Shown piece after piece: positions 15,957 to 23,871 of a stretch of 29,146 nt of DNA. The stretch lies in the IMG/VR virus record IMGVR_UViG_3300045988_180091, positions 1 through 29,146 of that record, one strand, 5' to 3'. The notes below the pieces were generated by a model. It saw only the letters and a list, made by a program, of their open reading frames with translations. It was not told where the DNA came from and did no database searches. The DNA comes from a virus. A program made the translations under genes and the position numbers. Positions within the stretch are counted from its first letter, which is position 1; each line of letters opens with the position of its first letter.

Positions 15957-16349
15957 TTACGCAAACTGGAAGTCGCCGTACTGAGTCACGGCGCGTTCCA
16001 GGCGCAGAGGAATGGTTTTTGTGCTCTTCTGAGTGATGTCCTCGCGTGCTACCTGAGCTTCACTCACGCCAGCCGCCTGCAGGACTTCATACAGATTGGA
16101 AGGACCAGTACCAGCATAACCGCAAGTCAAGCCATTAACCTGAAGCGTGAAGCCGTGCAGATGCGGTGCCAAACCGGGAACGAAATCGAGTTCAACAATG
16201 ACCTCGTCGCTCTTGTCGTTTACACGATTGACCGAGATGGCGCGGACGTTCTGATTGCCAAACATTTCAATCAGCTTTTTGGCTGCTGCAGCGGTTTCTA
16301 TGGTAGTCGTACCTTCAACATTGATAATTGCCTGTTCCATAAGTTTCAT
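15957..16349 (-). CDS. hypothetical protein (130 aa) between tRNA genes
   Basis: Intact ORF with good composition and AAAGGAGATG RBS. Confidence 0.6.
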   Translation of the reverse strand: MKLMEQAIINVEGTTTIETAAAAKKLIEMFGNQNVRAISVNRVNDKSDEVIVELDFVPGLAPHLHGFTLQVNGLTCGYAGTGPSNLYEVLQAAGVSEAQVAREDITQKSTKTIPLRLERAVTQYGDFQFA

Positions 16350-16378
16350 CTCCTTTCTATTATCGCTTCATTGGGTAA

Positions 16379-16454
16379 TGGGGCTTGATGGCAGGTTCGA
16401 ACTGCCGACCTGCGCGTTACGAATGCGCTGCTCTACCAACTGAGCTAATCGAGC
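16379..16454 (-). tRNA. tRNA-Thr (CGT)
   Basis: Cloverleaf with encoded CCA; mismatches at 4-69 and 31-39. Confidence 0.8.
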
Positions 16455-16725
16455 ACGATAGGGTGTTTTATGCTGGTCACCCCTTGAGCGAGAAGCCAAC
16501 TCGCATCCAGCACCATTCGGCAGCCACGCCGATAGATTCTGTATTGTACCCTCTTCACCGTTTTCCGGTCTTATTCGCGACTAACACCGGGACTTTCGAA
16601 TACTTTCAGGCACAGCACCTGTTTGCCTATTCGTTTTGAGGCTGTCCATTAGCAATTCGACAGCGGACCACATGTGGACCATGCTCACCAAGTTTAACGT
16701 CGTGGCGTACGGTGACTGCGACGTG

Positions 16726-16800
16726 TGGAGCAAGTAGCGGGGGTCGAACCCGCGTCTCCGCCTTGGAGGGGCGGAGTATTAGCCGTTATACGATACCTGC
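16726..16800 (-). tRNA. tRNA-Gly (TCC) with C33
   Basis: GCAGGTA/TACTTGC, CCGCC-CCTCCAA-GGCGG, GCGGG-TTCGACC-CCCGC, encoded CCA. Confidence 0.85.
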
Positions 16801-17167
16801 ATAAGATTGCGGGTGAACCCTCACTTAGCCCCGCCATGACATCCGTTTAGTAGGTCGTCATCCCCGGATGTCATCTTCACACCACCTGACAATCTTGCGA
16901 ACCTCATCGTTGACGATACGCGAGAATCCAAGAAAGCGCTTGGGTGTTGGTCAACTTCGAATTTTGAGCCCTGTCGTTGATTCCCTGTCAAATCGGGTTA
17001 ACGGTTGTCGTTGGGCTGTGTGTGAGACTGCGGCGAAACTTACCAGTTGCCGCGCAGCAATCTCGCCTTTACGGCTGTGTCGCGTCTGGATGCGCCCCGA
17101 CTTGACGGGGATGCTCGTACGTTTGCATGCTTCTAAGACATTCGTCAGCAGCCGCAAGAGCCGCTGT

Positions 17168-17205
17168 CCGCCACCCGCCACGAGGAGGCCGTCTTAATGG
17201 GTGGC
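17168..17205. repeat. covarying hairpin motif copy B: GCCACCC-(GCCACGAGGAGGC)...-GGGTGGC
   Basis: 7-bp perfect stem with similar core. Confidence 0.5.
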
Positions 17206-17273
17206 ATGCTGTCCGCCAGATGTTGTGTATAGCATCGTATCATGTGACTTCGATACATCCAACGGATAGCGTC

Positions 17274-17349
17274 TGGAGCTGGAAATCGGACTTGAACCGA
17301 TGACCGACTGATTACAAATCAGTTGCTCTACCAGCTGAGCTAAACCAGC
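17274..17349 (-). tRNA. tRNA-Thr (TGT)
   Basis: Full cloverleaf, anticodon arm ACTGA-TTTGTAA-TCAGT, encoded CCA; acceptor mismatches 6-67 and 7-66. Confidence 0.85.
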
Positions 17350-17397
17350 AAATACAAACATTAGCCAGATGCCCGGAACACGGAAACATCTGTTGTC

Positions 17398-17440
17398 CAC
17401 CGTCCGCCGCGTGGAGGCTGTTTGCTTGGACGGCTGGCGC
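17398..17440. repeat. covarying hairpin motif copy C: CCGTCC-(GCCGCGTGGAGGC)...-GGACGG
   Basis: Shares 13+ nt core with copy A. Confidence 0.6.
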
Positions 17441-17591
17441 GGAGTTACCCACGCCAAAGGAAGGATATTACTATGAAACGGATGATTTTCACGCTTCACC
17501 TGTGTCAGCTCAAATGAAGCCATGCGACCAAGATTGGGGAAAGGAAAACCTTGATGTCTCAGGAGCCGTTCCTCTTCCTGAGAACAATTGT

Positions 17592-17620
17592 ATTATACCA
17601 TATATGTGGTATCCGGTCAA
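17592..17620 (-). promoter_or_regulatory. strong sigma70/sigmaA-type promoter TTGACC-N17-TATAAT for the tRNA cluster, overlapped by dyad ATACCATATATGTGGTAT
   Basis: Consensus hexamers, 17-nt spacer, upstream of the first tRNA. Confidence 0.7.
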
Positions 17621-17847
17621 TGAAAAGACACAATATATAGTGTCTAAATTGTAAACAAACATTAAGATACCACTATATCTAGTGGTTGGGGCAAGCGCAT
17701 CACAAATGCCTTGTGGTTCCGGCAGATTGCAGGAAATTCAGCAAATCTTTGGCCGAGCTGACCTGTGAAACCACTGCGCCGCTCTTAGCGTATAGGTCAG
17801 CAATGGAATCACCCTGTCCCCATTCGTCCCGTGGTTCGGCTTTCTTT

Positions 17848-18324
17848 TCAGTGACCTTCTTCTGCCGGAAACACCTCGTACACGCTGACATACAGCATCC
17901 CCGGCTTGTAGTCAGCGTACTCAACCGAGCGCTTTTGGTCGTATACTTTCACGTCTGAGTCATCGTCCGCCGTGAGCCAAAGATACTTGACGTGCTCAGC
18001 ATAGCGCGGGTCTTCGATACGATAGCTCTGCCCCTCTTTGATTTTCAAATGACGTGCATTTGCTTGGGCACGCGAAAACTCAACGAATGCGCCGTAGTCG
18101 CCAATCACGATACGGTTGTACCCGCTGGTAATGACTGTGCCGTTACTGGTTTCGAGTTTGGTCGTACCACCGGATACGTTGCACCATTCTGGCAGAGCTT
18201 CTTTGAACTCTGCTCGCACATCCTTGAAAAAGGTACGCGGAATAGGCTTGTACTTGTATTCGTCGGCAAGCTGCTCTTGATATTTAAGCATCCGAGCGCC
18301 GGTTTCCGAGATTTTGTGCTTCAT
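17848..18324 (-). CDS. hypothetical protein (~158 aa; true N-terminus uncertain)
   Basis: Intact ORF starting next to the IscB copy 2 right end. Confidence 0.55.
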   Translation of the reverse strand: MKHKISETGARMLKYQEQLADEYKYKPIPRTFFKDVRAEFKEALPEWCNVSGGTTKLETSNGTVITSGYNRIVIGDYGAFVEFSRAQANARHLKIKEGQSYRIEDPRYAEHVKYLWLTADDDSDVKVYDQKRSVEYADYKPGMLYVSVYEVFPAEEGH

Positions 18325-18433
18325 AATTATGGAGCAGGACACCCTATCTATAGCCGTAAGGCTTAGGTGGGGAGGAATGCGTTTCTTAGAAAAGACTAAG
18401 ATACAGCATTTCCTGCTTACCTCCTTTCAACAT

Positions 18434-19804
18434 TTAAATGATTTGTATCCATGCTCCCGCATGGCAAACAACTTGAACTTTGGAAATTGCTACGGACTTA
18501 CTTTTCCCATTAGCAGGAATCAAAAGTCTTGTGCCTTTGTTATGGCACCCGCTTGTAATGTATGATTTACTTTCGAGACGCACAGTGTCGTATGGCTGAA
18601 TTGCATAGCGCTGTCTTCTTATAGAGCGACGCCCCTTCGACACCTTTTTGCTGCGGTACTTGTGCAGGTCTTCAGAATCCTTTTTGTGATTACGGCTAAT
18701 TCTGCCGTTAAAAAGTTCTTTACCTTTTGCTTTGTCACCGGTGCGGGTGTCGATATAAGTGGCATCGTAGAATTTTTCCAGCACACGATTGTTTCTGCAT
18801 CGTTTTTGGTAATGTCCAAACTCGCAACGGTGTGCCGGGTGACAATTCCCCATTGCATACGCATCATTATTATGACTCTTTTCAAGATGAAGCGCGATAC
18901 GCTTTTCTTTTGTCATTGCGCCATAAGTGACGGTGACAAAATCTTTTCCAAAAGCAGCATAGAGTTCATTGACAATTTGCCACCTAACGGTGTTCATAAA
19001 AGCCGCACCGGAAAGGTCGGCAAACTTTACATTTTCTCCGAAGCCATAAAGCTTACCACCTTTTTGATGGTTAGCTGGTGTATGGCACTTCTCGCATACT
19101 GTTATAAGCTCGCTGAGACTATTGCCATGGCGACCTTTCCAATAAAACATGTGATGCACGTGTAAAATCGCACCTTCGGTAGCTTTACGCCCACAAACCT
19201 TACAGACATAGTTATCGCGGTAAAATACCGCTTCCCGCAAGGTTGCCAAATTGTAGCGCGGGCCTTTCTGGTAGTCCGCTCCTTCCGGAATGGCTTTTCC
19301 CTCCTGAATTGCTTTTACAAGCATCGTATCGAAAGAGCCAACCTCAACCGTTGCATGAGTAATGGGCATTACTGCACAATACATCTTGACAACGTTGACA
19401 TTGAGTTCTTTCTTATGCCTCAAAGAAGGAGCAAGCCAACCCTCGCTGCGCTTGCGGTTATCGAAACGCGGTTTACGGTAACGCAGTCTGTTTCTGCGTG
19501 TACGGCGATACTTACGACAACTGTCGTGGCAGGCTTTCTCATCCTGTAATGTATCATACTGCGCAGATACATACTCGTGAGATTGACTTTTCACACTGAT
19601 GCCGATGTAGTTGTAGCCCACATCCTCGCAGATTTCGATGGGTTGTGTGTTTGTTTTGCTGTCATACAGCAGCTGGATGGTAAAAGGGTGATGCTTAACG
19701 ATTTTAGCCTTTCCGTCTTTCAGAAGATGGCGTACCTTGCCAAGACGGAAGGTAGGCATTAAGCGTTCACCACTGTTGCTGAGAACACAAACGCAAGTGC
19801 TCAT
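18434..19804 (-). CDS. iscB: IscB-family RNA-guided nuclease, diverged at C-terminus
   Basis: Same PLMP-like, RuvC, Arg-rich and HNH motifs as copy 1; last ~50 aa differ. Confidence 0.9.
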   Translation of the reverse strand: MSTCVCVLSNSGERLMPTFRLGKVRHLLKDGKAKIVKHHPFTIQLLYDSKTNTQPIEICEDVGYNYIGISVKSQSHEYVSAQYDTLQDEKACHDSCRKYRRTRRNRLRYRKPRFDNRKRSEGWLAPSLRHKKELNVNVVKMYCAVMPITHATVEVGSFDTMLVKAIQEGKAIPEGADYQKGPRYNLATLREAVFYRDNYVCKVCGRKATEGAILHVHHMFYWKGRHGNSLSELITVCEKCHTPANHQKGGKLYGFGENVKFADLSGAAFMNTVRWQIVNELYAAFGKDFVTVTYGAMTKEKRIALHLEKSHNNDAYAMGNCHPAHRCEFGHYQKRCRNNRVLEKFYDATYIDTRTGDKAKGKELFNGRISRNHKKDSEDLHKYRSKKVSKGRRSIRRQRYAIQPYDTVRLESKSYITSGCHNKGTRLLIPANGKSKSVAISKVQVVCHAGAWIQII

Positions 19805-20171
19805 GCAAGATACTCCTTTCGTTAAATAGTAATGAAACTATAAGTCAGGGCTTGCGCCCTGTGGTCCACTTCGCCAATGTTATGCACTGTTTTAGCCTTT
19901 CGGCATGGCAGCCGCACATCTCCTACCCTTAGAGATTTTTAACGTAATACATATCAACGGCTTACGCCATTGATACATACACTGCCCGCAGAGCCCGACA
20001 CTTGTGGAGCATATCGGGGTGCCTATATTATGAAGATGATTGCTCATCAAATGCATAACGGAGTTCGCAGCAACCGAAGTTGCCGTTCACCGAGGCTAAT
20101 CAACCGGGCTTACGGGTTGCCCCGCAAGCCCCGTCTATAACCGGCGAACCGGTTTAGGCGGGGTTGTTGAC
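19805..20171 (-). ncRNA. candidate omegaRNA of IscB copy 2 (~367 nt)
   Basis: Conserved blocks with copy 1 plus extra hairpins (e.g. AACGGC-TTAC-GCCATT region). Confidence 0.75.
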
Positions 20172-20590
20172 TCAACCTTTGGTGTTGCGATGGTCATAGG
20201 CACATCTACAGAGCCTTTCGCCTGCAGAGGCGTAGCAGTGGTTTTGACTTGAACAGTTCCCTTGAGAGGGATGTCGCCAGTTAAAGTCACCGAAATCGTG
20301 CCTGTCTTGATTCCTGTGCCATCAGTACCGCTCAGCGTGATTTCTTCCGGAACGGTCAATGTATAAAAGCTGTCCACTTCTGCTGTGACCTGTGTTGCTG
20401 TATCTTTGGAAGCACTTAGCCAGGCAACATCGTTAGAATCAGCATTCGAGGCAGGCGTATCTATCGTCATCGTCTCATCTGTATCGGGCACAGAGTCGTC
20501 GAAATCAGCAGATTCAGAGAACGCCAATACAGGACAGGCAACCATCAGCGCGGTAAATGCACTTGCTATAATAGATTTCAAGCGCATACA
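20172..20590 (-). pseudogene. truncated secreted beta-sandwich surface protein (ends ...VDVPMTIATPKV|IscB element)
   Basis: ORF 20135..20707 runs into the IscB left end; domain resembles 20613-21011 but lacks its C-terminal part. Confidence 0.7.
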
Positions 20591-20612
20591 TTCTCCTCCT
20601 TTCCCAAAAAAA

Positions 20613-21147
20613 TTATTTATACGTTTTCTCACAGCTGAACGTTGCTGTGCCGGTCCAGTGTCCGGGGTCAAGCTCCGCAGAGACTTTGCAAGTTGCGCTC
20701 GTTCCATCGTTCAGCAAGTCTGCGCGGGACCATTTACTTTTGGTCTGATTGGATACTGTGACAGCAGCGGTTTTGCCCGCAGTGTTGGTCATGGTTCCAC
20801 CGTCCACAGATACCACAATCACCGCATTCTCCTCGACATCACCTTTCAAAGTCATGGTGATGTCAGCCGTATATGAGCCAGGGCCACTGTCAACGCCTGT
20901 CAGCTTAACAGTTTCGGGAACCGTAATCGTATAGACCGCCGTTGCGCTCGCAAGCAGCTGAGTGGAAGCCGTTTTCGGCAATCCTTTACCTGTAGAAGTA
21001 GCAGCGCCCATCGTACTCAGACAATTCGAGCACAGAGGCTTTCCGTTAATGGTCGTTGCATAGACATTTGCATCCGTAATTGCGGTATAAGTAGCGCTCT
21101 TATCCGACTCAACGCCTTTAATCGAGTTTACCTTGTTGTACGCCTCG
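20613..21147 (-). pseudogene. N-terminally truncated paralogue of the surface protein
   Basis: Frame stays open upstream of the annotated Met to ~21147 without a signal peptide; 'AVYTITVPETVKLTGVDSGPGSYTADITMTLKGD' parallels 'SFYTLTVPEEITLSGTDGTGIKTGTISVTLTGD'. Confidence 0.5.
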
Positions 21148-21185
21148 AATAAAAAAAGAGCCCCCGCACCACAGCAGGAGCTCGT
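21148..21185 (-). terminator. GAGCTCC...GGGGGCTC + TTTTTTT
   Basis: Stem plus T tract immediately after the 21189 gene. Confidence 0.7.
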
Positions 21186-21188
21186 AAG

Positions 21189-21908
21189 TTAGCGCAAATT
21201 ATCGTATTTACTATATTTCTTGTCTTCTTTTTCATCAGGCATGCTGAGCTGTTGGTCTCTGCCATTTTCTTGCGGACCATCCCAGTTGTCCTTTTCGCTA
21301 TCGTTTTCTTCGGAATCCTCCAAATCTTTTTTGGCTTTCGTCTTTCTGGAAGTGGACTTCTTCTTTTTGGGTTCAACGAACACATCAGACAAATCATAGG
21401 GTGAAACTGCGATTGCCGTTACCCCTTCATTCATTTCCGCCGCATGGTTCAGAATCCAAATAAGTTTTCTCCACTGCCATTCGACCATATCGGTTCCGAG
21501 CTTTGATACGATGACGGAAGCCTCAGCTTGTTTGGCCTTGACCATCGCCTGCAAGAGACACCCGTACAGATACGGGAACTGAATTTTCGAGCCGTACTTG
21601 TCGGCGGTTTCAGTACTGCAAATCATAATTGCCACAATCGTGTTCTCGTTATTGCCCGGACAGAATAGAACCTGACCGGGATACCGAAGCTGTTCTGGCA
21701 GCTTATGTAAGTACCACTCTTTTGCTTCCGGGAATCTCTTTGCAAATTTCTCAAGAGTCTTGGTATCCCAAGTCCCCTTGTCATTGCAAAAGCAGCAAAT
21801 GATTCTGCGGCCCTTGATATCTCTGGGGATTGTCTCCCCTTTCATCAATGAAATTCTCATGTCAGGCATATTAGTCGAGCTCCGAACGATAATAGAGTTC
21901 AATGCCAA
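21189..21908 (-). CDS. hypothetical protein (239 aa)
   Basis: Intact ORF; likely start near MPDMRISLMK. Confidence 0.6.
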   Translation of the reverse strand: MALNSIIVRSSTNMPDMRISLMKGETIPRDIKGRRIICCFCNDKGTWDTKTLEKFAKRFPEAKEWYLHKLPEQLRYPGQVLFCPGNNENTIVAIMICSTETADKYGSKIQFPYLYGCLLQAMVKAKQAEASVIVSKLGTDMVEWQWRKLIWILNHAAEMNEGVTAIAVSPYDLSDVFVEPKKKKSTSRKTKAKKDLEDSEENDSEKDNWDGPQENGRDQQLSMPDEKEDKKYSKYDNLR

Positions 21909-22839
21909 GACGCTCTTTTACGAGTTTCTTGATAAGTTCTGCACCATATCTCTGAACATTGATGCTCTGGCTGAAAGTCGGAACCGCAATATCGAGCCAG
22001 CTCAGCTTGCGCCTGTTGGCACCGACCAGCAGGCTCATGTCCTTTTCGAGCTGAGAATCAGCTTTCGGATACCAGAAAATGAAACCACAGTCAAAGCTGC
22101 CCTCCTCATTGAGATGAGCAGTTTCGATGTCTTTGATTTCGTTTTCGATTTCCGGAGTGCGCAGGAAAAGGCGAATCTGGGTTTCGACCTGCTTGACGCG
22201 GCTTTCCACTTCATCGATTCCCTTCTCGGCTCTCGCTTTCTGAACATTGTTCAGCAGCTGCGAGATTACGCCATCCGGGTTCAGATGCTTGCGTAGTCCT
22301 TCGATTTCCTTGTCTTCAATATCGTCTGCGATGACAGTATCGACATAGGAGGTATCGACCAGCGGGCTTTCAAACAGCGGAACCGCAGCGCCAAAGCCGT
22401 TCACGGAAAGCACTTTCTGATTCGTGCTAAAGCGTTTGAGTGTAGGACAATCAAGATTGACCCATTCCTGAACAAAGCTTTTTGCGCGGGACAAGTCCGT
22501 GCAGCGGCGTGTGGTGGTTGCGGAAGAATACTCGTACCAGACGACTCCCTTCTCGTTCGCATACCGAATGCTGCCAACGGGCGGATTCTTGAGGTCCTGA
22601 CCGCGAATCAGCTGAACATAATCAATCCGATTGGCTTTCAGAAATGCTTCAAGAACCCAAGGGCTGACGGCTACCATGTAGTCCTTTCCTTCTTCGTAGT
22701 TACCTGCAGGCTTGATACTGCGCATGTCTTTTTTGTATGCCTTGAGCGGCGTGCTCATAGGAGTCCAATCATCGTCAAAAGTCTTGACAAAGGCTTTGGG
22801 TCCATTGTTTGTGTTTGCAAATTTAATTTCAGCTTTCAT
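21871..22839 (-). CDS. hypothetical protein (322 aa)
   Basis: Intact ORF. Confidence 0.65.
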   Translation of the reverse strand: MKAEIKFANTNNGPKAFVKTFDDDWTPMSTPLKAYKKDMRSIKPAGNYEEGKDYMVAVSPWVLEAFLKANRIDYVQLIRGQDLKNPPVGSIRYANEKGVVWYEYSSATTTRRCTDLSRAKSFVQEWVNLDCPTLKRFSTNQKVLSVNGFGAAVPLFESPLVDTSYVDTVIADDIEDKEIEGLRKHLNPDGVISQLLNNVQKARAEKGIDEVESRVKQVETQIRLFLRTPEIENEIKDIETAHLNEEGSFDCGFIFWYPKADSQLEKDMSLLVGANRRKLSWLDIAVPTFSQSINVQRYGAELIKKLVKERLGIELYYRSELD

Positions 22840-22845
22840 AAATCA

Positions 22846-22887
22846 GGGCAAGGAGACCCGCGACTTTAGTCGTGGGAGGAATTGCCC
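22846..22887 (-). mobile_element. right-end double hairpin of an IscB element: GGGCAA..(CCCACGACT-AA-AGTCGCGGG)..TTGCCC
   Basis: Nested inverted repeats, located directly after the IscB C-terminal remnant. Confidence 0.65.
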
Positions 22888-22889
22888 GT

Positions 22890-23085
22890 TCACATCCTTT
22901 CTATTAGATAATTTGTTGCAGGCTCTAATAGCCGCAATTTTTTAAATGTTACACCTTTGGAAATACGCGTGCCGTCTAGCTTTTTGAGGGTAAAACTTCC
23001 CGATGCACGACGACCGGAAACGAAGCACTCTTGTCCTTCTTGTTGTTCAGGGCCGGGATGTTGCCTGCCGTTTTTAATGCCATCA
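22890..23085 (-). pseudogene. iscB: C-terminal remnant of a second-type IscB
   Basis: 'ECFVSGRRASGSFTLKKLDGTRISKGVTFKKLRLLEPATNYLIERM' resembles IscB C-termini (G-VSGRR--G-F-L--LDG--I). Confidence 0.6.
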
Positions 23086-23547
23086 AAACCAGATACCAAA
23101 CTGAGGTTCAGCGTCATCCAGCAGCCAATTTTTCCAGTCACGGCAAGTCATCTTGCCAAAGGCTTCATGATTTCGCAGAATATAGCATAAAAGCTGCGAT
23201 TTCTGCGTTGTGCTCATGCCGTCAATAACATGTTGACGGTCATTTTTCCTGCCCCAAAAATCCACAGAGTTGCCAAGAGAATTGAGGTTTTTGAGAATGT
23301 ATTGTTGCGTATCGTTGTCGGAATCCTCTTTATCGCAGATATACTCTATCATGAAGGGATAAAACTTTTGAACCGCTTCCTGAATGGTAGCTGCCGTAGT
23401 TGCGCCATGCGATACTGCCCAGCCACATTCCATGCCAGTCATTGGCAATGGAAACATGACATACATCTCATATCCATCAATCTCAATTTGACGATAATAA
23501 ATACGATAAGGAGTGTTTTCGTTACAAAATACATTCCATTTCATCAA
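23083..23547 (-). CDS. hypothetical protein (154 aa) sandwiched between two IscB remnants
   Basis: Intact ORF; neither flank retains ordinary intergenic DNA. Confidence 0.6.
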   Translation of the reverse strand: MMKWNVFCNENTPYRIYYRQIEIDGYEMYVMFPLPMTGMECGWAVSHGATTAATIQEAVQKFYPFMIEYICDKEDSDNDTQQYILKNLNSLGNSVDFWGRKNDRQHVIDGMSTTQKSQLLCYILRNHEAFGKMTCRDWKNWLLDDAEPQFGIWF

Positions 23548-23554
23548 ATTATGT

Positions 23555-23815
23555 GCGCAGGGTACACCGTCTATAGTCGCTTGCGACTTAGGCGGTGAGG
23601 AATGCGCTAACCAAGAGGCAATTTGAAGTGTACTCAGTTAGCACAAATACCCTGCTACTCCTTTCTTTAAATGATTAAGATATTTTTTCCCATGCAGAAT
23701 GCATGGAATCTGTCGGCTTTACGATTTTAAGCTTTTTAAGGCTTGCAGATTTTTGACCATTTTTTGCAGGTACTTTGAACTCTACATTTACGGCACCCTT
23801 TTTATTGGTAAGGAG
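23555..23815 (-). pseudogene. iscB: internally deleted IscB element copy 3: last ~47 codons plus right end
   Basis: 'NKKGAVNVEFKVPAKNGQKSASLKKLKIVKPTDSMHSAWEKIS' vs copy 1 'TKKNGSVNVEFKTPSKSGKKSTSLKKLKIIKTISPMRSAWDKVS'; identical GTCTATAGTCGCTTGCGACTTAGGCGG palindrome. Confidence 0.9.
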
Positions 23816-23867
23816 GCAAGAGCCTCCATGTCGCCGTCCGTATCCCACTTGATATTCTTGATAAGCA
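23816..23867 (-). pseudogene. N-terminal fragment of a small conserved gene: MLIKNIKWDTDGDMEALASLP|IscB remnant
   Basis: Hand-translated; starts after GAGGTGTGAGCT RBS and runs into element-derived sequence. Confidence 0.65.
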
Positions 23868-23871
23868 TAGC

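Larger units (their letters stand above)
18333..20171 (-). mobile_element. IscB-encoding IS200/IS605-superfamily element, copy 2 (no tnpA); right boundary approximate
   Basis: Same layout as copy 1; right-end palindrome AGCC-GTAA-GGCT; left end GTCAACAACCCC. Confidence 0.75.

Noticed and set aside
16868-17197. ORFs in the inter-tRNA gap (plus 16868..17197, minus 16951..17181)
   Set aside because: Mutually antisense, Arg/Ser-rich translations with no domain signal; left as undetermined.
18300-18342. In-frame fusion of the 20172 surface protein with the 17848 ORF across IscB copy 2 (KV-D-IIMKHKISE)
   Set aside because: A frame can be kept, but one is a secreted beta-sandwich and the other looks like an unrelated cytoplasmic protein; the paralogue indicates missing sequence, so I do not claim a restored gene here.
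1262-19804. IscB copies as simple HNH homing endonucleases or group I intron ORFs
   Set aside because: PLMP-like N-terminus, arginine-rich segment, split RuvC motifs and a conserved upstream structured RNA fit IscB; no group I intron core was recognised.
18333-20171. Full transposon with tnpA (Y1 transposase)
   Set aside because: No ORF with HUH/Y1 features in or beside either IscB element; mobilisation in trans would be required.
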